Source: Candidatus Hydrogenedentota bacterium (GTDB taxonomy: Bacteria; Hydrogenedentota; Hydrogenedentia; Hydrogenedentales; SLHB01). Taken from it: a stretch of DNA of 64,000 bases. Below the pieces are notes generated by a model that saw only the letters and a list, made by a program, of their open reading frames with translations, was not told the DNA's origin and made no database searches. The stretch covers positions 64,001 to 128,000 of the forward strand of contig CAXXYE010000009.1 of the NCBI GenBank assembly GCA_963674865.2. The letters are read 5' to 3'. Shown here piece after piece: positions 25,313-35,834 of the stretch. Positions within the stretch are counted from its first letter, which is position 1. Each line of letters opens with the position of its first letter. Both the position numbers and the translations under genes were made by a program.

Positions 25313-26302
25313 TTAGACCTGACGTACGAGATCCAACTGAACAATCACGAAGAGGCCATTAAGCTTCTCGGTAGAAACGGCGAACTCCGTAAGCGCATTC
25401 AGAGGGAGACCCCCGTTCATATCGTGGACCGGGGCGCCAAAGTTATGGTTATCGGAGACGAAGCCGACACCGCCATGGTGGGCGACCTTCTGGACGAACT
25501 CCTTGTCGCGGTGCGCAACGGCCACACGCCCACTATCGCCGACCTCATGTACGGCCTTCAGGAAGCCCGGGGGCGCGGCGTGCACGACCTCGGCGACGTC
25601 ATCGGCCAGACCCCCGAGGCGCTCCGAAGCGATATACGCATCAAACCGCGGACACGCGGGCAGAAGGAATACCTGGAGGCCATTCGCGGCGCACCCGTCA
25701 CCCTCGTGATAGGGCCGGCGGGCACCGGCAAGACCTACCTTGCCATGGCCGCCGCCGTCTCCGCCCTTCTCAACAAAGAAGTCAACCGACTCATTCTCAC
25801 CCGCCCCGCCGTCGAGGCGGGTGAGAATCTCGGCTTTTTGCCCGGCGATCTCAAAGAGAAGGTAAACCCTTATCTGAGACCGCTATACGATGCTCTCTAT
25901 TCCATGGTCGACGTGGATCGCGTCCGCATATTCCTCGAGAGAGAGAAGATTGAGGTCGCTCCTCTCGCTTTCATGCGCGGCCGTACTCTTGACCACGCCT
26001 TCGTCATACTCGACGAGGCCCAAAACACCACCTCCGAGCAGATGAAGATGTTCCTCACCCGCCTCGGTAGGAATGCGCGTGGCATTATCACCGGCGACAT
26101 CACCCAGGTCGACCTCCCAAAGGGCACCAAGTCCGGCATGGTCGAGGCACGGCGGGTTCTGCGCAACACCAAAGGGGTAGCCATGGTAACCCTGACCAAG
26201 GAGGACGTGGTGCGCCATCCCCTCGTACAGCGCATCGTCGATGCCTACGAGGCCGATGAAGGGCCTGGCCACGAGCCCGAGTCAGGGACACAGGCAAACT
26301 AA
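25313..26302 (+). CDS. phoH: PhoH-like ATPase (true start uncertain and apparently non-canonical)
   Basis: GPAGTGKTYLA, TRPAVEAGENLGFLPG, APLAFMRGRT, DEAQN, DVVRHPLV. The frame is open from 25301, but the first ATG/GTG/TTG is at 25424. Confidence 0.9.
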   Translation, partial: LDLTYEIQLNNHEEAIKLLGRNGELRKRIQRETPVHIVDRGAKVMVIGDEADTAMVGDLLDELLVAVRNGHTPTIADLMYGLQEARGRGVHDLGDVIGQTPEALRSDIRIKPRTRGQKEYLEAIRGAPVTLVIGPAGTGKTYLAMAAAVSALLNKEVNRLILTRPAVEAGENLGFLPGDLKEKVNPYLRPLYDALYSMVDVDRVRIFLEREKIEVAPLAFMRGRTLDHAFVILDEAQNTTSEQMKMFLTRLGRNARGIITGDITQVDLPKGTKSGMVEARRVLRNTKGVAMVTLTKEDVVRHPLVQRIVDAYEADEGPGHEPESGTQAN

Positions 26303-26304
26303 TC

Positions 26305-28812
26305 ATGCTGCGCCGCAAGTCCGCAAAGAAGCGCGCGGGGCGCCGCCCCGAGTCGCCTAAACCCTTGAGTCCCATGGCGATCCAAATGACGCGCCTCCAA
26401 CGCCTCGTCGTGGTTTTGGCGTTCGCGGTGCTTCTGGCCTGCCTCACCAAGTACCCAACGAAGGGCGGAGACGGCCAACTCGACCTCAACGTCACGCCAG
26501 GCGATTTCGCACGGGAGGCCATTCAGGCGGAATTCCGCTTCGAGACGGAGGACCTCCAGGCCACGCGCGAAGCAAGAGACGCCGCCGCGGCCAAGGTGCC
26601 CAAGCGATACGCCGTGGACAACGAGCATGTCCAAGCGCGGCTACGCGCGGTACAGGATCGAATCGACGCCCTGCGCGAAACCCGCGAGGACGTCGACCTC
26701 GCCATCCGTGGCGTGCTGGAACACTCCACCTCCGACCAGGACTACGATGCCCTCGTGAGGAAGGCCGTCACCTCCGTGGCATCCAAACTCAAGGAGCGCA
26801 CGGAGTTTCAAGACGTCAGCGAAGCCGCCCTCGTCGTGTGGCTGCTGCCCACACCCACCTCTACGCCCAAACCTCAGTTCGAACCGTTGGCCGAAGGGCA
26901 GACGGCCCCGGCAGCGCGGCCGGCACTCAAGGAGCTTCTCGAGCCCGAAGTCAGCCCGATCGAGTTCGCCTACGCACCGATACTCGAACAAGTCGTTAAA
27001 GACAGCGTGGAGTTTGTCCTTACCTTCGGCGTCCTCTCGGCCGAGTCGGTGAAAGCCGCCCGCGAAGGAGACCCGAGCACCATCGTCATTCTCCGGGACC
27101 TTGACAGGCCGGTCGGCGACCTTACACTCAGCCAAGAACTGCCCCTAAACGACGTTCCGCAACCCGAACAAGCGCGCGAACTGCTTCGCAGCCGCATCGT
27201 CGAGGAATTGCAGAAGGCTCCGCCCGTGAACCGCGCTGCCGCCATCGACATGGCCGACCTCGCGAGCGCCGCCCTTCAAATCGCCGAAACCGAAATGACC
27301 GATACCCTGGTCTTTGCTGAAGTGCCCACAGCGCGGGAGGTAGAGAACGCACGCTCGGCCGTTGAGCCCCGCATGAAGAAGATCGAGCCCTTTGAGCCCA
27401 TTCAGAGGCGCGGTGAACGCTGGACCCAACAGTCAATCTCCGATGTAAAGACTTACTACGACGAGCTTTACGGCGGGCAGAAACCTGCTTTCAACATGCT
27501 CGCCACGGTTGCCGCCCACGCGATCTTCGTCAGCCTGGCGCTTATCTATCTCCTCCGCGCCGTGCCCCTCTATACCATTGAAGGAAGCGCCCGGGGACGC
27601 GACCTCTATGTCGTTCTCCTCATCTTGTGCGCTGCTCTCCTTGTAGGCCGCGTCGTCTCCTACTTCGACCCTTCCGGCTTTGCCGTACCTGTCACCGCCG
27701 TGGCTATTCTCCTTGCCATCCTCCTCAACGTCCGCCTGGCTTGCGTCGTCAGCCTGGTAGCCGTCGCCCTCCTATCCATCCAATACAACTACGACTGGAA
27801 CGTTTTTGTCGTGGGATGCACCATGGCCTTCGCGGGCGCCCTGAGCATATTCGTCGTGCGCCGGCGCGGCGATATGGCCGGTGCCGCGGGCAAAGCAACC
27901 ATCGCCGGCCTCCTCGCCGTAATCGCCGTAACTCTCGCCACCGACTCGCTCTTCAGCGAGAGGGCACTCCACCGGCTTGCGCTGATCGCCTTGAACGGCG
28001 GCGCCTGCATGTTCATCGTCCCCGGCCTACTCTCGCCCCTCGAACGGCTGTTCGGCATAACAACGGACATTCAGCTACTCGAGTATTCCGACCTCAACAA
28101 CGAGGTACTTGGCCAACTCGCCATCGAGGTACCCGGCACGTACGCCCACAGCCTCATGCTCGGGCAATTGGCCGAGGCCGCGGCGGAGGCCATCGGGGCA
28201 AACGGACTGCTGGCAAGGGTTTGCGCCTACTACCACGACATCGGCAAACTCCAGCGTCCCGAGTACTTCAGCGAGAATCAAACCGGCGAGAACATCCACG
28301 ACGACCTCCCGCCTCGCCTGAGCGCACGAGCTATCCGTGCACACGTGGCCGCCGGCGCGCAAATGGCTCGCGACTTTCACCTCCCCAAACCCATCGTCGA
28401 CGGCATCCTTGAGCACCACGGAACGGGCCTCATCAGCTTCTTCTACCAGCAGGCCCGCGAACAGCAGAAGCACGGCGATGTCGACGAAGCCGACTTCCGC
28501 TATCCCGGCCCCAAGCCGCAGAGACCCGAGACGGCCATCCTCATGATTTGCGACGCCGTCGAATCCGGTGTACGATCAATGAAGAATCCAAACCAGGAAC
28601 GCGTCCGCGAGTTCGTCGACAAGATCATCGCGGCCCGCTCCACCGATCGTCAGTTCGATGAGTGCCGGCTTACGCTCAAAGAACTCGATACCATCGCGGA
28701 TGTGGTTACACGACGGGTGGTGACAGGATTACACACGCGTGTCGCCTACCCCGACAGCGTAACTCAGAAGAAAGTGGACAACGTAGTGCGCATGCCCGGA
28801 GTGCAAGAGTGA
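26305..28812 (+). CDS. 7TM-HD phosphohydrolase (PgpH/YqfF-like, putative c-di-AMP phosphodiesterase)
   Basis: Large extracytoplasmic domain, about 7 TM helices, PGTYAHS, YYHDIGK, EHHGT, FRYPGPKP; phoH-x-ybeY context. Confidence 0.88.
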   Translation: MLRRKSAKKRAGRRPESPKPLSPMAIQMTRLQRLVVVLAFAVLLACLTKYPTKGGDGQLDLNVTPGDFAREAIQAEFRFETEDLQATREARDAAAAKVPKRYAVDNEHVQARLRAVQDRIDALRETREDVDLAIRGVLEHSTSDQDYDALVRKAVTSVASKLKERTEFQDVSEAALVVWLLPTPTSTPKPQFEPLAEGQTAPAARPALKELLEPEVSPIEFAYAPILEQVVKDSVEFVLTFGVLSAESVKAAREGDPSTIVILRDLDRPVGDLTLSQELPLNDVPQPEQARELLRSRIVEELQKAPPVNRAAAIDMADLASAALQIAETEMTDTLVFAEVPTAREVENARSAVEPRMKKIEPFEPIQRRGERWTQQSISDVKTYYDELYGGQKPAFNMLATVAAHAIFVSLALIYLLRAVPLYTIEGSARGRDLYVVLLILCAALLVGRVVSYFDPSGFAVPVTAVAILLAILLNVRLACVVSLVAVALLSIQYNYDWNVFVVGCTMAFAGALSIFVVRRRGDMAGAAGKATIAGLLAVIAVTLATDSLFSERALHRLALIALNGGACMFIVPGLLSPLERLFGITTDIQLLEYSDLNNEVLGQLAIEVPGTYAHSLMLGQLAEAAAEAIGANGLLARVCAYYHDIGKLQRPEYFSENQTGENIHDDLPPRLSARAIRAHVAAGAQMARDFHLPKPIVDGILEHHGTGLISFFYQQAREQQKHGDVDEADFRYPGPKPQRPETAILMICDAVESGVRSMKNPNQERVREFVDKIIAARSTDRQFDECRLTLKELDTIADVVTRRVVTGLHTRVAYPDSVTQKKVDNVVRMPGVQE

Positions 28813-29285
28813 TGGACGTTCATCTGGACCTGCGAAACGACTCGGCGTGGAAGCGCCTCTACCGCCGCGATGTGCTGCAAGCCCTTGCCCGGCACATATG
28901 CGAAGGAGAGGGCGTCAAACATGATGTCGAACTCAGCGTCCTCTTGTGCGATGACCCGTTCATCCAGGCTCTGAACCAACGTTACCGGCAGGAAGACTGC
29001 CCAACCGACGTGCTCTCCTTCGGCCAGACCGGCCCCGTCGCGAAGGGGCTCATGGTCCTCGGCGACATCGTCATCTCCCTTGAGACCGTCGCCCGGAACT
29101 GTCGCGACGATCGCCGGGCCATGCGAGCCGAGGTACGCCTGTTGTTTTGCCATGGCCTGCTCCACCTACTAGGTCATAAGCACGACGACGCAGCACAACG
29201 CGCTCGAATGATTGCCAAACAGGCCCATTATCTGCATATCACCACACAGGCCGCGTGGCGAACCGACCCCAAGGCGCAAGCCTAA
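28812..29285 (+). CDS. ybeY: rRNA maturation endoribonuclease YbeY
   Basis: LNQRYR, PTDVLSF, LGDIVIS, HGLLHLLGHKH; ATG 28812 overlaps the upstream TGA. Confidence 0.93.
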   Translation: MDVHLDLRNDSAWKRLYRRDVLQALARHICEGEGVKHDVELSVLLCDDPFIQALNQRYRQEDCPTDVLSFGQTGPVAKGLMVLGDIVISLETVARNCRDDRRAMRAEVRLLFCHGLLHLLGHKHDDAAQRARMIAKQAHYLHITTQAAWRTDPKAQA

Positions 29286-29325
29286 ATGAGGCTCACGGGA
29301 CGCACGAGGCGGAGGTCCAGCAAAC

Positions 29326-30777
29326 TTGGACGACGACAGTAGTTGCCCATGTAGAAGACGGAATCGTCGCACACGGGCGTGTCTAGCCATCCTCGGGGTT
29401 TGCCTGGCCTTGGTGATTGCCGAGTGTCTGTTTTCTGAGCCGTCTATCGCGGCCACAGACGTCCCTGAGGTCCTCCCGTGGACGGACTATCTTCCCGTAC
29501 CGGTGCTGGCCGCCGCAGTCGTGTTGCTTGCCTTCTCGGCGTTCTTCTCTTCGTCCGAGACGGCCTTCTTGGCCATTCACAAGCCGCGGCTTCGCACCAT
29601 GCGCACTTCGCCGCATTATACCTTGCGTCTCGTAACCAAAATGATGGATCGTCCCGGCAGGTTTCTCACCACCATCCTCGTCGGCAACATGATCGTCAAC
29701 ATCCTCATCGGCGTCCTGCTTGGAGCGCGCGTGATGAATCTCCTCGAGAATCGTTTTGAATTGAGTCCCGCTCTCGCCTACGCGACTGCGGTCCTGCTTT
29801 GCACCGCCATACTCGTTTTCTTCGGCGAGATCACGCCCAAGGTCTTCGCCGTCCGCGCACGCGAAGCCTACGCGCGCCTCGCCGTTCTCCCTCTGGTAGC
29901 CGCGGATCACGCGCTTTCCCCTATTCGGAATGGCCTGCTCGCCGTCACCGACGCCATTTTCCGCGTATCAAGGTTCCACGAACTCCGCGCCGCGCCCTTC
30001 ATCACCGACGACGAACTCAAGTCCCTCTTCGACAATGGCGAGCCAAGCGCCGTCATTGAAGAAGAGGAGCGACAAATGATTCGCCGTATACTCGAATTTC
30101 ACGACGTCACCGTTCGGGAGATCCTCATCCCGCGCCCCGATGTGGTCGCCATCGGTGACGACGCTAGCGCGCGAGAAGCCCTCGAACTCTTCCGCGAAGA
30201 GGGATTTTCCCGCATCCCCGTGTACGACGGCGACTTGGACCACATCACCGGCCTGCTATTCGCCAAGGACCTGCTTCCTACGTGTTCCGAGGGCAAACTC
30301 GACCAGCCCATCATACAATTCGTCCGCCCTCCCCACTTTGTGCCCGAGACCACGAGCGTCCAGCAGTTTGTCAGGAATGCGCAGCGCTTGCGCACCCATC
30401 TGGCCGTCGTGGTTGACGAATTTGGCGGCACCGAGGGCATCGTCACACTCCAGGACGCCCTCGAGGAAGTGGTCGGAGACATAAAGGACGACGGCAAAGA
30501 GGAGGCGCCCCCCTACGCGCGTGTCGCGGACGGCGTGTACCGCGTCGCGGGAAACCTCCCCTTGGATGAACTCAACCAGCTCATAGGACTCAAAGTCGAA
30601 GACGAGGAGCACGAAACCGTTGCGGGCTTCCTCATGAATCAGACCGATAAGGTCCCTGAAACCGGGGACACTATCGAGCATTCGGGGGCTCGGTTCACCG
30701 TCGAAGAAGTCGATGGGAAGCGGGCCGAGGCCGTCCGCATCGAGATTCACGAACGCCGCGGGAGGGAGGAGACATGA
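29326..30777 (+). CDS. HlyC/CorC (CNNM-CBS-CorC) transporter, copy 1
   Basis: SAFFSSSETA, GEITPK, FSRIPVY, VVDEFGGTEGIVT. Start uncertain. Confidence 0.88.
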   Translation: MDDDSSCPCRRRNRRTRACLAILGVCLALVIAECLFSEPSIAATDVPEVLPWTDYLPVPVLAAAVVLLAFSAFFSSSETAFLAIHKPRLRTMRTSPHYTLRLVTKMMDRPGRFLTTILVGNMIVNILIGVLLGARVMNLLENRFELSPALAYATAVLLCTAILVFFGEITPKVFAVRAREAYARLAVLPLVAADHALSPIRNGLLAVTDAIFRVSRFHELRAAPFITDDELKSLFDNGEPSAVIEEEERQMIRRILEFHDVTVREILIPRPDVVAIGDDASAREALELFREEGFSRIPVYDGDLDHITGLLFAKDLLPTCSEGKLDQPIIQFVRPPHFVPETTSVQQFVRNAQRLRTHLAVVVDEFGGTEGIVTLQDALEEVVGDIKDDGKEEAPPYARVADGVYRVAGNLPLDELNQLIGLKVEDEEHETVAGFLMNQTDKVPETGDTIEHSGARFTVEEVDGKRAEAVRIEIHERRGREET

Positions 30778-32078
30778 TGGCCTTGCTCCCCGCCCTAGCG
30801 ATATGGGCGCTGGCCGTACTCGCTCAAGCCCTCTTTGCGGGCTACGAAACCGGATTGGTCTCCTGTAATCCCATTCGGATTCGATTCCTGGCTGAAGAGG
30901 AGCGCAACAGCCGCGCCGCACGCCTATTGAAATGCATCGAACGCCCGGACCTCCTGCTGACCTCCCTGCTCATCGGCACGAATATAGCCGTCGTCATCAG
31001 CACCATAACCGTCACCGTGTCCGTTCAAGCCCTCTTTCCCGAGGCCAATGCGGGACTGGCTACCGATCTCGTGTCCACGCTGATCGTCACCCCTGTCCTG
31101 CTTGTTTTCTCCGAGATCATTCCCAAAAGCATATTTCGAATCCATCCCAACCGGCTTGCTCTTGCTCTGTTCCCCGTCGTGCGGTTCTTCCAGATAGCCC
31201 TCGCCCCCGTCGCTTGGCCCGTGACCCACGCCACCCGCCTCCTCTTGCGGCTGTTCGGCGGCGAGGAGCCCCAGGTAAGCTCGCTTATGTCCTCCCTCGA
31301 AGACCTGCGCGTGCTCATCGACGAGGGCGCCGATACGGGCACCATCGAACGCGAGGAACAAGAGATGATCCACTCCGTGATGGACCTGCAGAGCACCCTC
31401 GCCAAAGAGGTTATGGTGCCCCGCATTCACGTCCGCGCCCTGCCCGATACAGCGGAGCGTGACGAGCTTCTCGCCCTCTTCCAAGAAACCGGGTATACCC
31501 GCATCCCCATCTACCGTGAATCAATTGACGAGGTCATCGGAAAGGTTAATGCCTACGATCTTCTCGTCGATGCCGACGTCCAAAACCAAGACATCCACCG
31601 GTTTGTTACCGAGGTCATCCACGTGCCCGACACCATGACGCTAGACGACCTCTTCCAGCTCCTCAAGGACAAGAAGGAGCACATGGCCATCGTCACGGAC
31701 GAGTACGGCGGCACCGATGGGCTCATCACCATCGAGGATATCCTCGAGGAGATCTTCGGTGATATCCAAGATGAGCACGATGAAGAAACGCGCAGCATTC
31801 AGCGCGTAGGCCCCAACGCCTACATTGTCGAGGCGCGCACACCCCTTGAAGACCTCGCCGAAGCGCTGGGAACGGCCGTCTCCGACGAAGAAGTGGAAAC
31901 CGTCGGCGGCTGGCTTATGCATCTGACCGGGCGAGTGCCCGCCCCCGGCGAATCACTCACCCATGGACGTTTCCTGATAACCGTTATCGAAGGCACCCCC
32001 AGCCGAATCGACAAGATCCGGCTCGACGTTTCCCCCCAGGTCACTCCGGCCGAGGGTGGCTCGGGCCAGACAGAATAA
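30774..32078 (+). CDS. HlyC/CorC (CNNM-CBS-CorC) transporter, copy 2
   Basis: FAGYETG, SEIIPK, YTRIPIY, VTDEYGGTDGLITIEDILEEIFGDI. Confidence 0.88.
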   Translation: MMALLPALAIWALAVLAQALFAGYETGLVSCNPIRIRFLAEEERNSRAARLLKCIERPDLLLTSLLIGTNIAVVISTITVTVSVQALFPEANAGLATDLVSTLIVTPVLLVFSEIIPKSIFRIHPNRLALALFPVVRFFQIALAPVAWPVTHATRLLLRLFGGEEPQVSSLMSSLEDLRVLIDEGADTGTIEREEQEMIHSVMDLQSTLAKEVMVPRIHVRALPDTAERDELLALFQETGYTRIPIYRESIDEVIGKVNAYDLLVDADVQNQDIHRFVTEVIHVPDTMTLDDLFQLLKDKKEHMAIVTDEYGGTDGLITIEDILEEIFGDIQDEHDEETRSIQRVGPNAYIVEARTPLEDLAEALGTAVSDEEVETVGGWLMHLTGRVPAPGESLTHGRFLITVIEGTPSRIDKIRLDVSPQVTPAEGGSGQTE

Positions 32079-32086
32079 GGACTGAA

Positions 32087-32827
32087 ATGACAAGGAGAAG
32101 AGGCTTTCTTGGATTTCTGAGCCAGGTTTGGGCTCCCGTATGGCGCTATTTTGTCACAGGCCTCCTCGTGTGGGTGCCGCTTATTATCACCATCTGGGTG
32201 TCGTGGGTTGTCATCAAGAACCTGGGCATCGGACTCGATAAGGCGTTCAAGACCGTCTTCGAAGCCATCCAGGCCTTTTGCGAACGAGTCGACTGGCTCA
32301 GTATCGCCGCACCCCTCTTTGAGACCTATCCGGGGATGGGCTTCATGACGGCCATCGCCCTATTCCTCGGCACCGGGATCTTGGCCCGATACCTCATTGG
32401 ACGCAGGATCATCGCCTTTGGCGAGCGTATCCTGGACCGCATCCCCCTGATCAGCAGAGTCTACCGCGCCGTCCAGCAAATCCGCGACGTCTTCGTGTCC
32501 CGCGAAGGCACCGTATTCCAATACACGTGCCTCATCGAATACCCTCGCGAGGGCATGATCGCCCTCGCCTTCGTCACATCGGCCGAGCAGGGGATCGTCC
32601 AGAAGACAACCGGTAGGAAACTCGTGGCCGTGTTTGTGCCCACTACGCCGAATCCGACTTCCGGGTACCTCGTGTACCTGCCGCCCGAAGACATCACCAT
32701 CCTCGATGTCAGCGTCGAGGAAGCTATGAAACTTATCGTGTCCGGCGGCGCCTACCTACCCTCGAAGCACGCCATCGGCGTAAAGGCGCGCTCCGAAGAA
32801 TCCACGGCGGACGACGAGCCCGCGTAG
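32087..32827 (+). CDS. DUF502 family membrane protein
   Basis: FVTGLLVWVPL, LIEYPR, VFVPTTPNPTSG, EEAMKLIVSGG. Confidence 0.88.
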   Translation: MTRRRGFLGFLSQVWAPVWRYFVTGLLVWVPLIITIWVSWVVIKNLGIGLDKAFKTVFEAIQAFCERVDWLSIAAPLFETYPGMGFMTAIALFLGTGILARYLIGRRIIAFGERILDRIPLISRVYRAVQQIRDVFVSREGTVFQYTCLIEYPREGMIALAFVTSAEQGIVQKTTGRKLVAVFVPTTPNPTSGYLVYLPPEDITILDVSVEEAMKLIVSGGAYLPSKHAIGVKARSEESTADDEPA

Positions 32828-32852
32828 CGCACACAACCACGCGGCAAGGGCG

Positions 32853-33635
32853 CTAGCGGATCCACGTCAGTGGCGTCAGGCAGTCGTCATCGCTATCGCT
32901 GCCGTGCTTTCCGTGCACGGAGCCATCCTCCTCGATGACCTCGTGCTGCCCGTGGTCCGCCAAGACCAACACCCCGTAGCCTGATGCCAGCAGCCCCGGC
33001 ACGCGCCGCGATAACCAGGCGTCCCCCGCGGCCACGGCGTCCCCCGCTTCATCCGAAAACAGCCCGTGGGCGTGGAAGACGTCGTCCGTGTGCAGATACT
33101 GGGCGATTAGGAAGTGCGGGCGATGCCTCGCCAACACGCTGACAAAGATGCGCTCAAGCTGTTCCTCATCTTCCGCAAGCCCCGCGGCCGACACGTCGGC
33201 ATAACGGCCGAGGAGTTCATTGCCCGTCTTGCCCTTGCGCCCGAGCCCAGCGCTGCGCCTTCCCCGTTTGCGCAACACATCAAACAGCGTTTCACACGCG
33301 AAGTCATCCTCCCGTTTGCGGACGCCGTGTCCCTCGGGGCCCGCTCCCGTAACCATGCAGCCGAAGTTGACAGGCGTCTTGCTGGGAAGGACCGAACGCA
33401 ACAAGGCCAGACGCCGCTCTGCCAAGGCCGAGAAAAACGGCATCCGCTCCCGCCAATGCCGCCAGATAGCAACACCCAAAGCGTCCACGCCCAATACCGC
33501 AACGTGCTCGACCCCCGCCAACTCATTCACAGCCGGCGCGATCGACGGCGCTTCGGCCGCCGCCGGGGCCGGCACATCAAGAAGGGCCGCCACGGTTGGG
33601 GCCACCGCCTGCATCGGATACTCAATGAACGACAT
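32853..33635 (-). CDS. Alkaline phosphatase superfamily (phosphodiesterase-like) protein
   Basis: LGVDALG, PSKTPVNF, TDDVFH, LADHG metal-binding motifs. Confidence 0.7.
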   Translation of the reverse strand: MSFIEYPMQAVAPTVAALLDVPAPAAAEAPSIAPAVNELAGVEHVAVLGVDALGVAIWRHWRERMPFFSALAERRLALLRSVLPSKTPVNFGCMVTGAGPEGHGVRKREDDFACETLFDVLRKRGRRSAGLGRKGKTGNELLGRYADVSAAGLAEDEEQLERIFVSVLARHRPHFLIAQYLHTDDVFHAHGLFSDEAGDAVAAGDAWLSRRVPGLLASGYGVLVLADHGQHEVIEEDGSVHGKHGSDSDDDCLTPLTWIR

Positions 33636-33730
33636 GGAACCTCCTCATTCGCCTCGCGTATGATCTCTGCGTAGTCTAGATGGCCGTAGCCAAGCGCCTC
33701 AACCCAGCGCACACAAGAGAGACTTTCTCC

Positions 33731-34888
33731 GTGAACCTCACCAAATTGGCCTTCGCGGCGATTGCGCTCTTCGCCGTGCTGATTGCACTCCACGCAGCCT
33801 ATCTCCACGGCGCGAAATCCGCCGACGCCCCAACAAAGGCGGGGGATCCCACAAGCGAGACAGCGCACTCCGCCGCGGAAGCCGGCTCCGCCGAAGCCAC
33901 TGAGGAGGCAGCCGGCCCTGCCGAAGACTTCCCAGTGGAAAGCCTAATCGAGGCCATGATGGCGCGCGCCGGACGGCGTTCCGACGACGACTTGGACGAT
34001 GTCGACGCCGGGCGTCCCGGCGGGAAGGGCAAGAGAAACGCCTCCTCGGCACGGGCGCGCAAAGAGCAGGAAGACGGCCAGACTTCCGACGCCGACCCCG
34101 CCGAGGAAGAGCAGCCTCGCAAAGGGGATCGAGCACTCGCAAAGGCTCAGGAGCTAATCGAGTTGGGCGATTACGAGGCCGCCCGCAACCTGCTCGAGAA
34201 CACCCTCGAGAATAATCCCAACAACGACAAGGCCTATCGGACACTGGCCAAGCTATACCGCACGCTTGGCATGACCGAGGAGGAGCTCGACACCTACGCC
34301 CGGTGGCTGGAAGCATCCCCGGACAACCCCGTTCCCCACTTCTACATGGCCTCGGCCCTCACGCATAGCGGGGCCGACGACCAAGCCCTTGCCGAACTCA
34401 GCACCTTCATGCAATTGAGCGGCGGCGATCTCACCGCCTATCCAATGGCCGCCTCCTTGTACAGACGCCTCGGGATGGGCGAACAAGAAGGCGCCATGCT
34501 CGAAACGTGGGCCGCCGCCGCCCCGGACTCCGTGGACGCGCGTCGCGCACTCGCCACCTACTATCAGCGAACCGGCCACTCGGCCGCGGCCCTCGTCGAA
34601 TACCAGGCCGTTATCGACCTCGCCCCCGAGAGTTTCTCCGCGCAGATCGGCCTCGCCAATGTGCTCCAATCGCTCGGGCGCTACGACGAGGCCGAGAGCC
34701 ACCTCATCACCGCCATGAACCTGCGGCCCGGCGACCTCAACGTCCGTCTCCAGCTTGGCGACACCTATCGGCGCGCCGGTGATGTTGCGGCCGCTATCGA
34801 GACCTACCAAGCCATCATTGACGACCAGCCCGGTTCACAACAAGCGCGGCGGGCCGCCCGCGCCATCAATCGCTTGGAACGTCAATAG
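33731..34888 (+). CDS. Membrane-anchored/secreted tetratricopeptide repeat protein
   Basis: N-terminal hydrophobic helix, charged linker, multiple TPR-like repeats. Start may be 33680. Confidence 0.8.
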   Translation: MNLTKLAFAAIALFAVLIALHAAYLHGAKSADAPTKAGDPTSETAHSAAEAGSAEATEEAAGPAEDFPVESLIEAMMARAGRRSDDDLDDVDAGRPGGKGKRNASSARARKEQEDGQTSDADPAEEEQPRKGDRALAKAQELIELGDYEAARNLLENTLENNPNNDKAYRTLAKLYRTLGMTEEELDTYARWLEASPDNPVPHFYMASALTHSGADDQALAELSTFMQLSGGDLTAYPMAASLYRRLGMGEQEGAMLETWAAAAPDSVDARRALATYYQRTGHSAAALVEYQAVIDLAPESFSAQIGLANVLQSLGRYDEAESHLITAMNLRPGDLNVRLQLGDTYRRAGDVAAAIETYQAIIDDQPGSQQARRAARAINRLERQ

Positions 34889-34988
34889 CCCGCGCCTCCC
34901 AGCAACGGCCCAGCATGATCTTGGGACTTTCCTGCGGCGCAATCGTGTTCACGCTAGGAAAGGGACTGCGTAAACGGGAGAGATTGTC

Positions 34989-35402
34989 GTGAACATCTCC
35001 TCACGTTGTGAGTATGCCTGCCGGGCCATTCTCGAGCTGGCGGCCAAGCACGGAAGCAATGGGCCTATCACCGCCACAGACATTGCCGCGGAACGCGACA
35101 TCCCGGAGAAGTACCTCGTACACATTCTCCTTCAGTTGAAGCGGGCCGGCATCGTGCGCAGCATCCGAGGTCCCCAGGGCGGCTACCTGCTGACCAGGCC
35201 CCCTGAAGCCATCACTGCGGCCGATATTGTCCAGGCCATCGACGGCCCCGTGCTCGACCCGCTCCCTGTGGCCGACCGCGAGGCCCTGCGCCTCGCCCCC
35301 GTGTGGCGCCGGCTCGGGCGCCGGATTCAGGAAGTCCTCGAGCAAGTCACCGTTCGCGACATGCTTCAGCAGGCCACGCCCACCGAGATGTACTACATCT
35401 GA
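34989..35402 (+). CDS. Rrf2 family transcriptional regulator (CymR-like)
   Basis: IPEKYLVHILLQLKRAGIVRSIRGPQGGYLL; no Fe-S Cys triad; C-terminus MYYI. Confidence 0.88.
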   Translation: MNISSRCEYACRAILELAAKHGSNGPITATDIAAERDIPEKYLVHILLQLKRAGIVRSIRGPQGGYLLTRPPEAITAADIVQAIDGPVLDPLPVADREALRLAPVWRRLGRRIQEVLEQVTVRDMLQQATPTEMYYI

Positions 35403-35417
35403 TCTTCCGGGAGGCGC

Positions 35418-35834
35418 CTACTCCCCGATGATCTTCACGAGCACCCGCTTCTTTCGCCGGCCATCCAGCTCGTAATAGAAGATCTGCTCCCACGGGCCGA
35501 AATCCAACTGCCCCTCGGTTATGGCCACGATGACTTCCCGCCCCATGATGGTTCGCTTGAGATGGGCATCGGCATTGTCTTCGTAGCCGTTGTGGGCATA
35601 CTGATCATACGGCTTCTCCGGCGCCAGCCCTTCCAGCCAGCGCTCGAAATCCGCGTGCAGGCCTGACTCGTTGTCATTGATGAACACGCTCGCCGTGATG
35701 TGCATAGCATTGCACAGCAGCAAGCCCTCCTTGATGCCGCTCTCCCCCAGACATGCCTCGATCTGCGGCGTAATATGGATGATCTGCCGCCGTTGCGGCG
35801 CATTGAACCATAGTTCCTTCCGGTAGCTTTTCAT
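35418..35834 (-). CDS. YjbQ / UPF0047 family protein
   Basis: [35 protein letters not shown]; start at ATG 35834. Confidence 0.88.
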   Translation of the reverse strand: MKSYRKELWFNAPQRRQIIHITPQIEACLGESGIKEGLLLCNAMHITASVFINDNESGLHADFERWLEGLAPEKPYDQYAHNGYEDNADAHLKRTIMGREVIVAITEGQLDFGPWEQIFYYELDGRRKKRVLVKIIGE

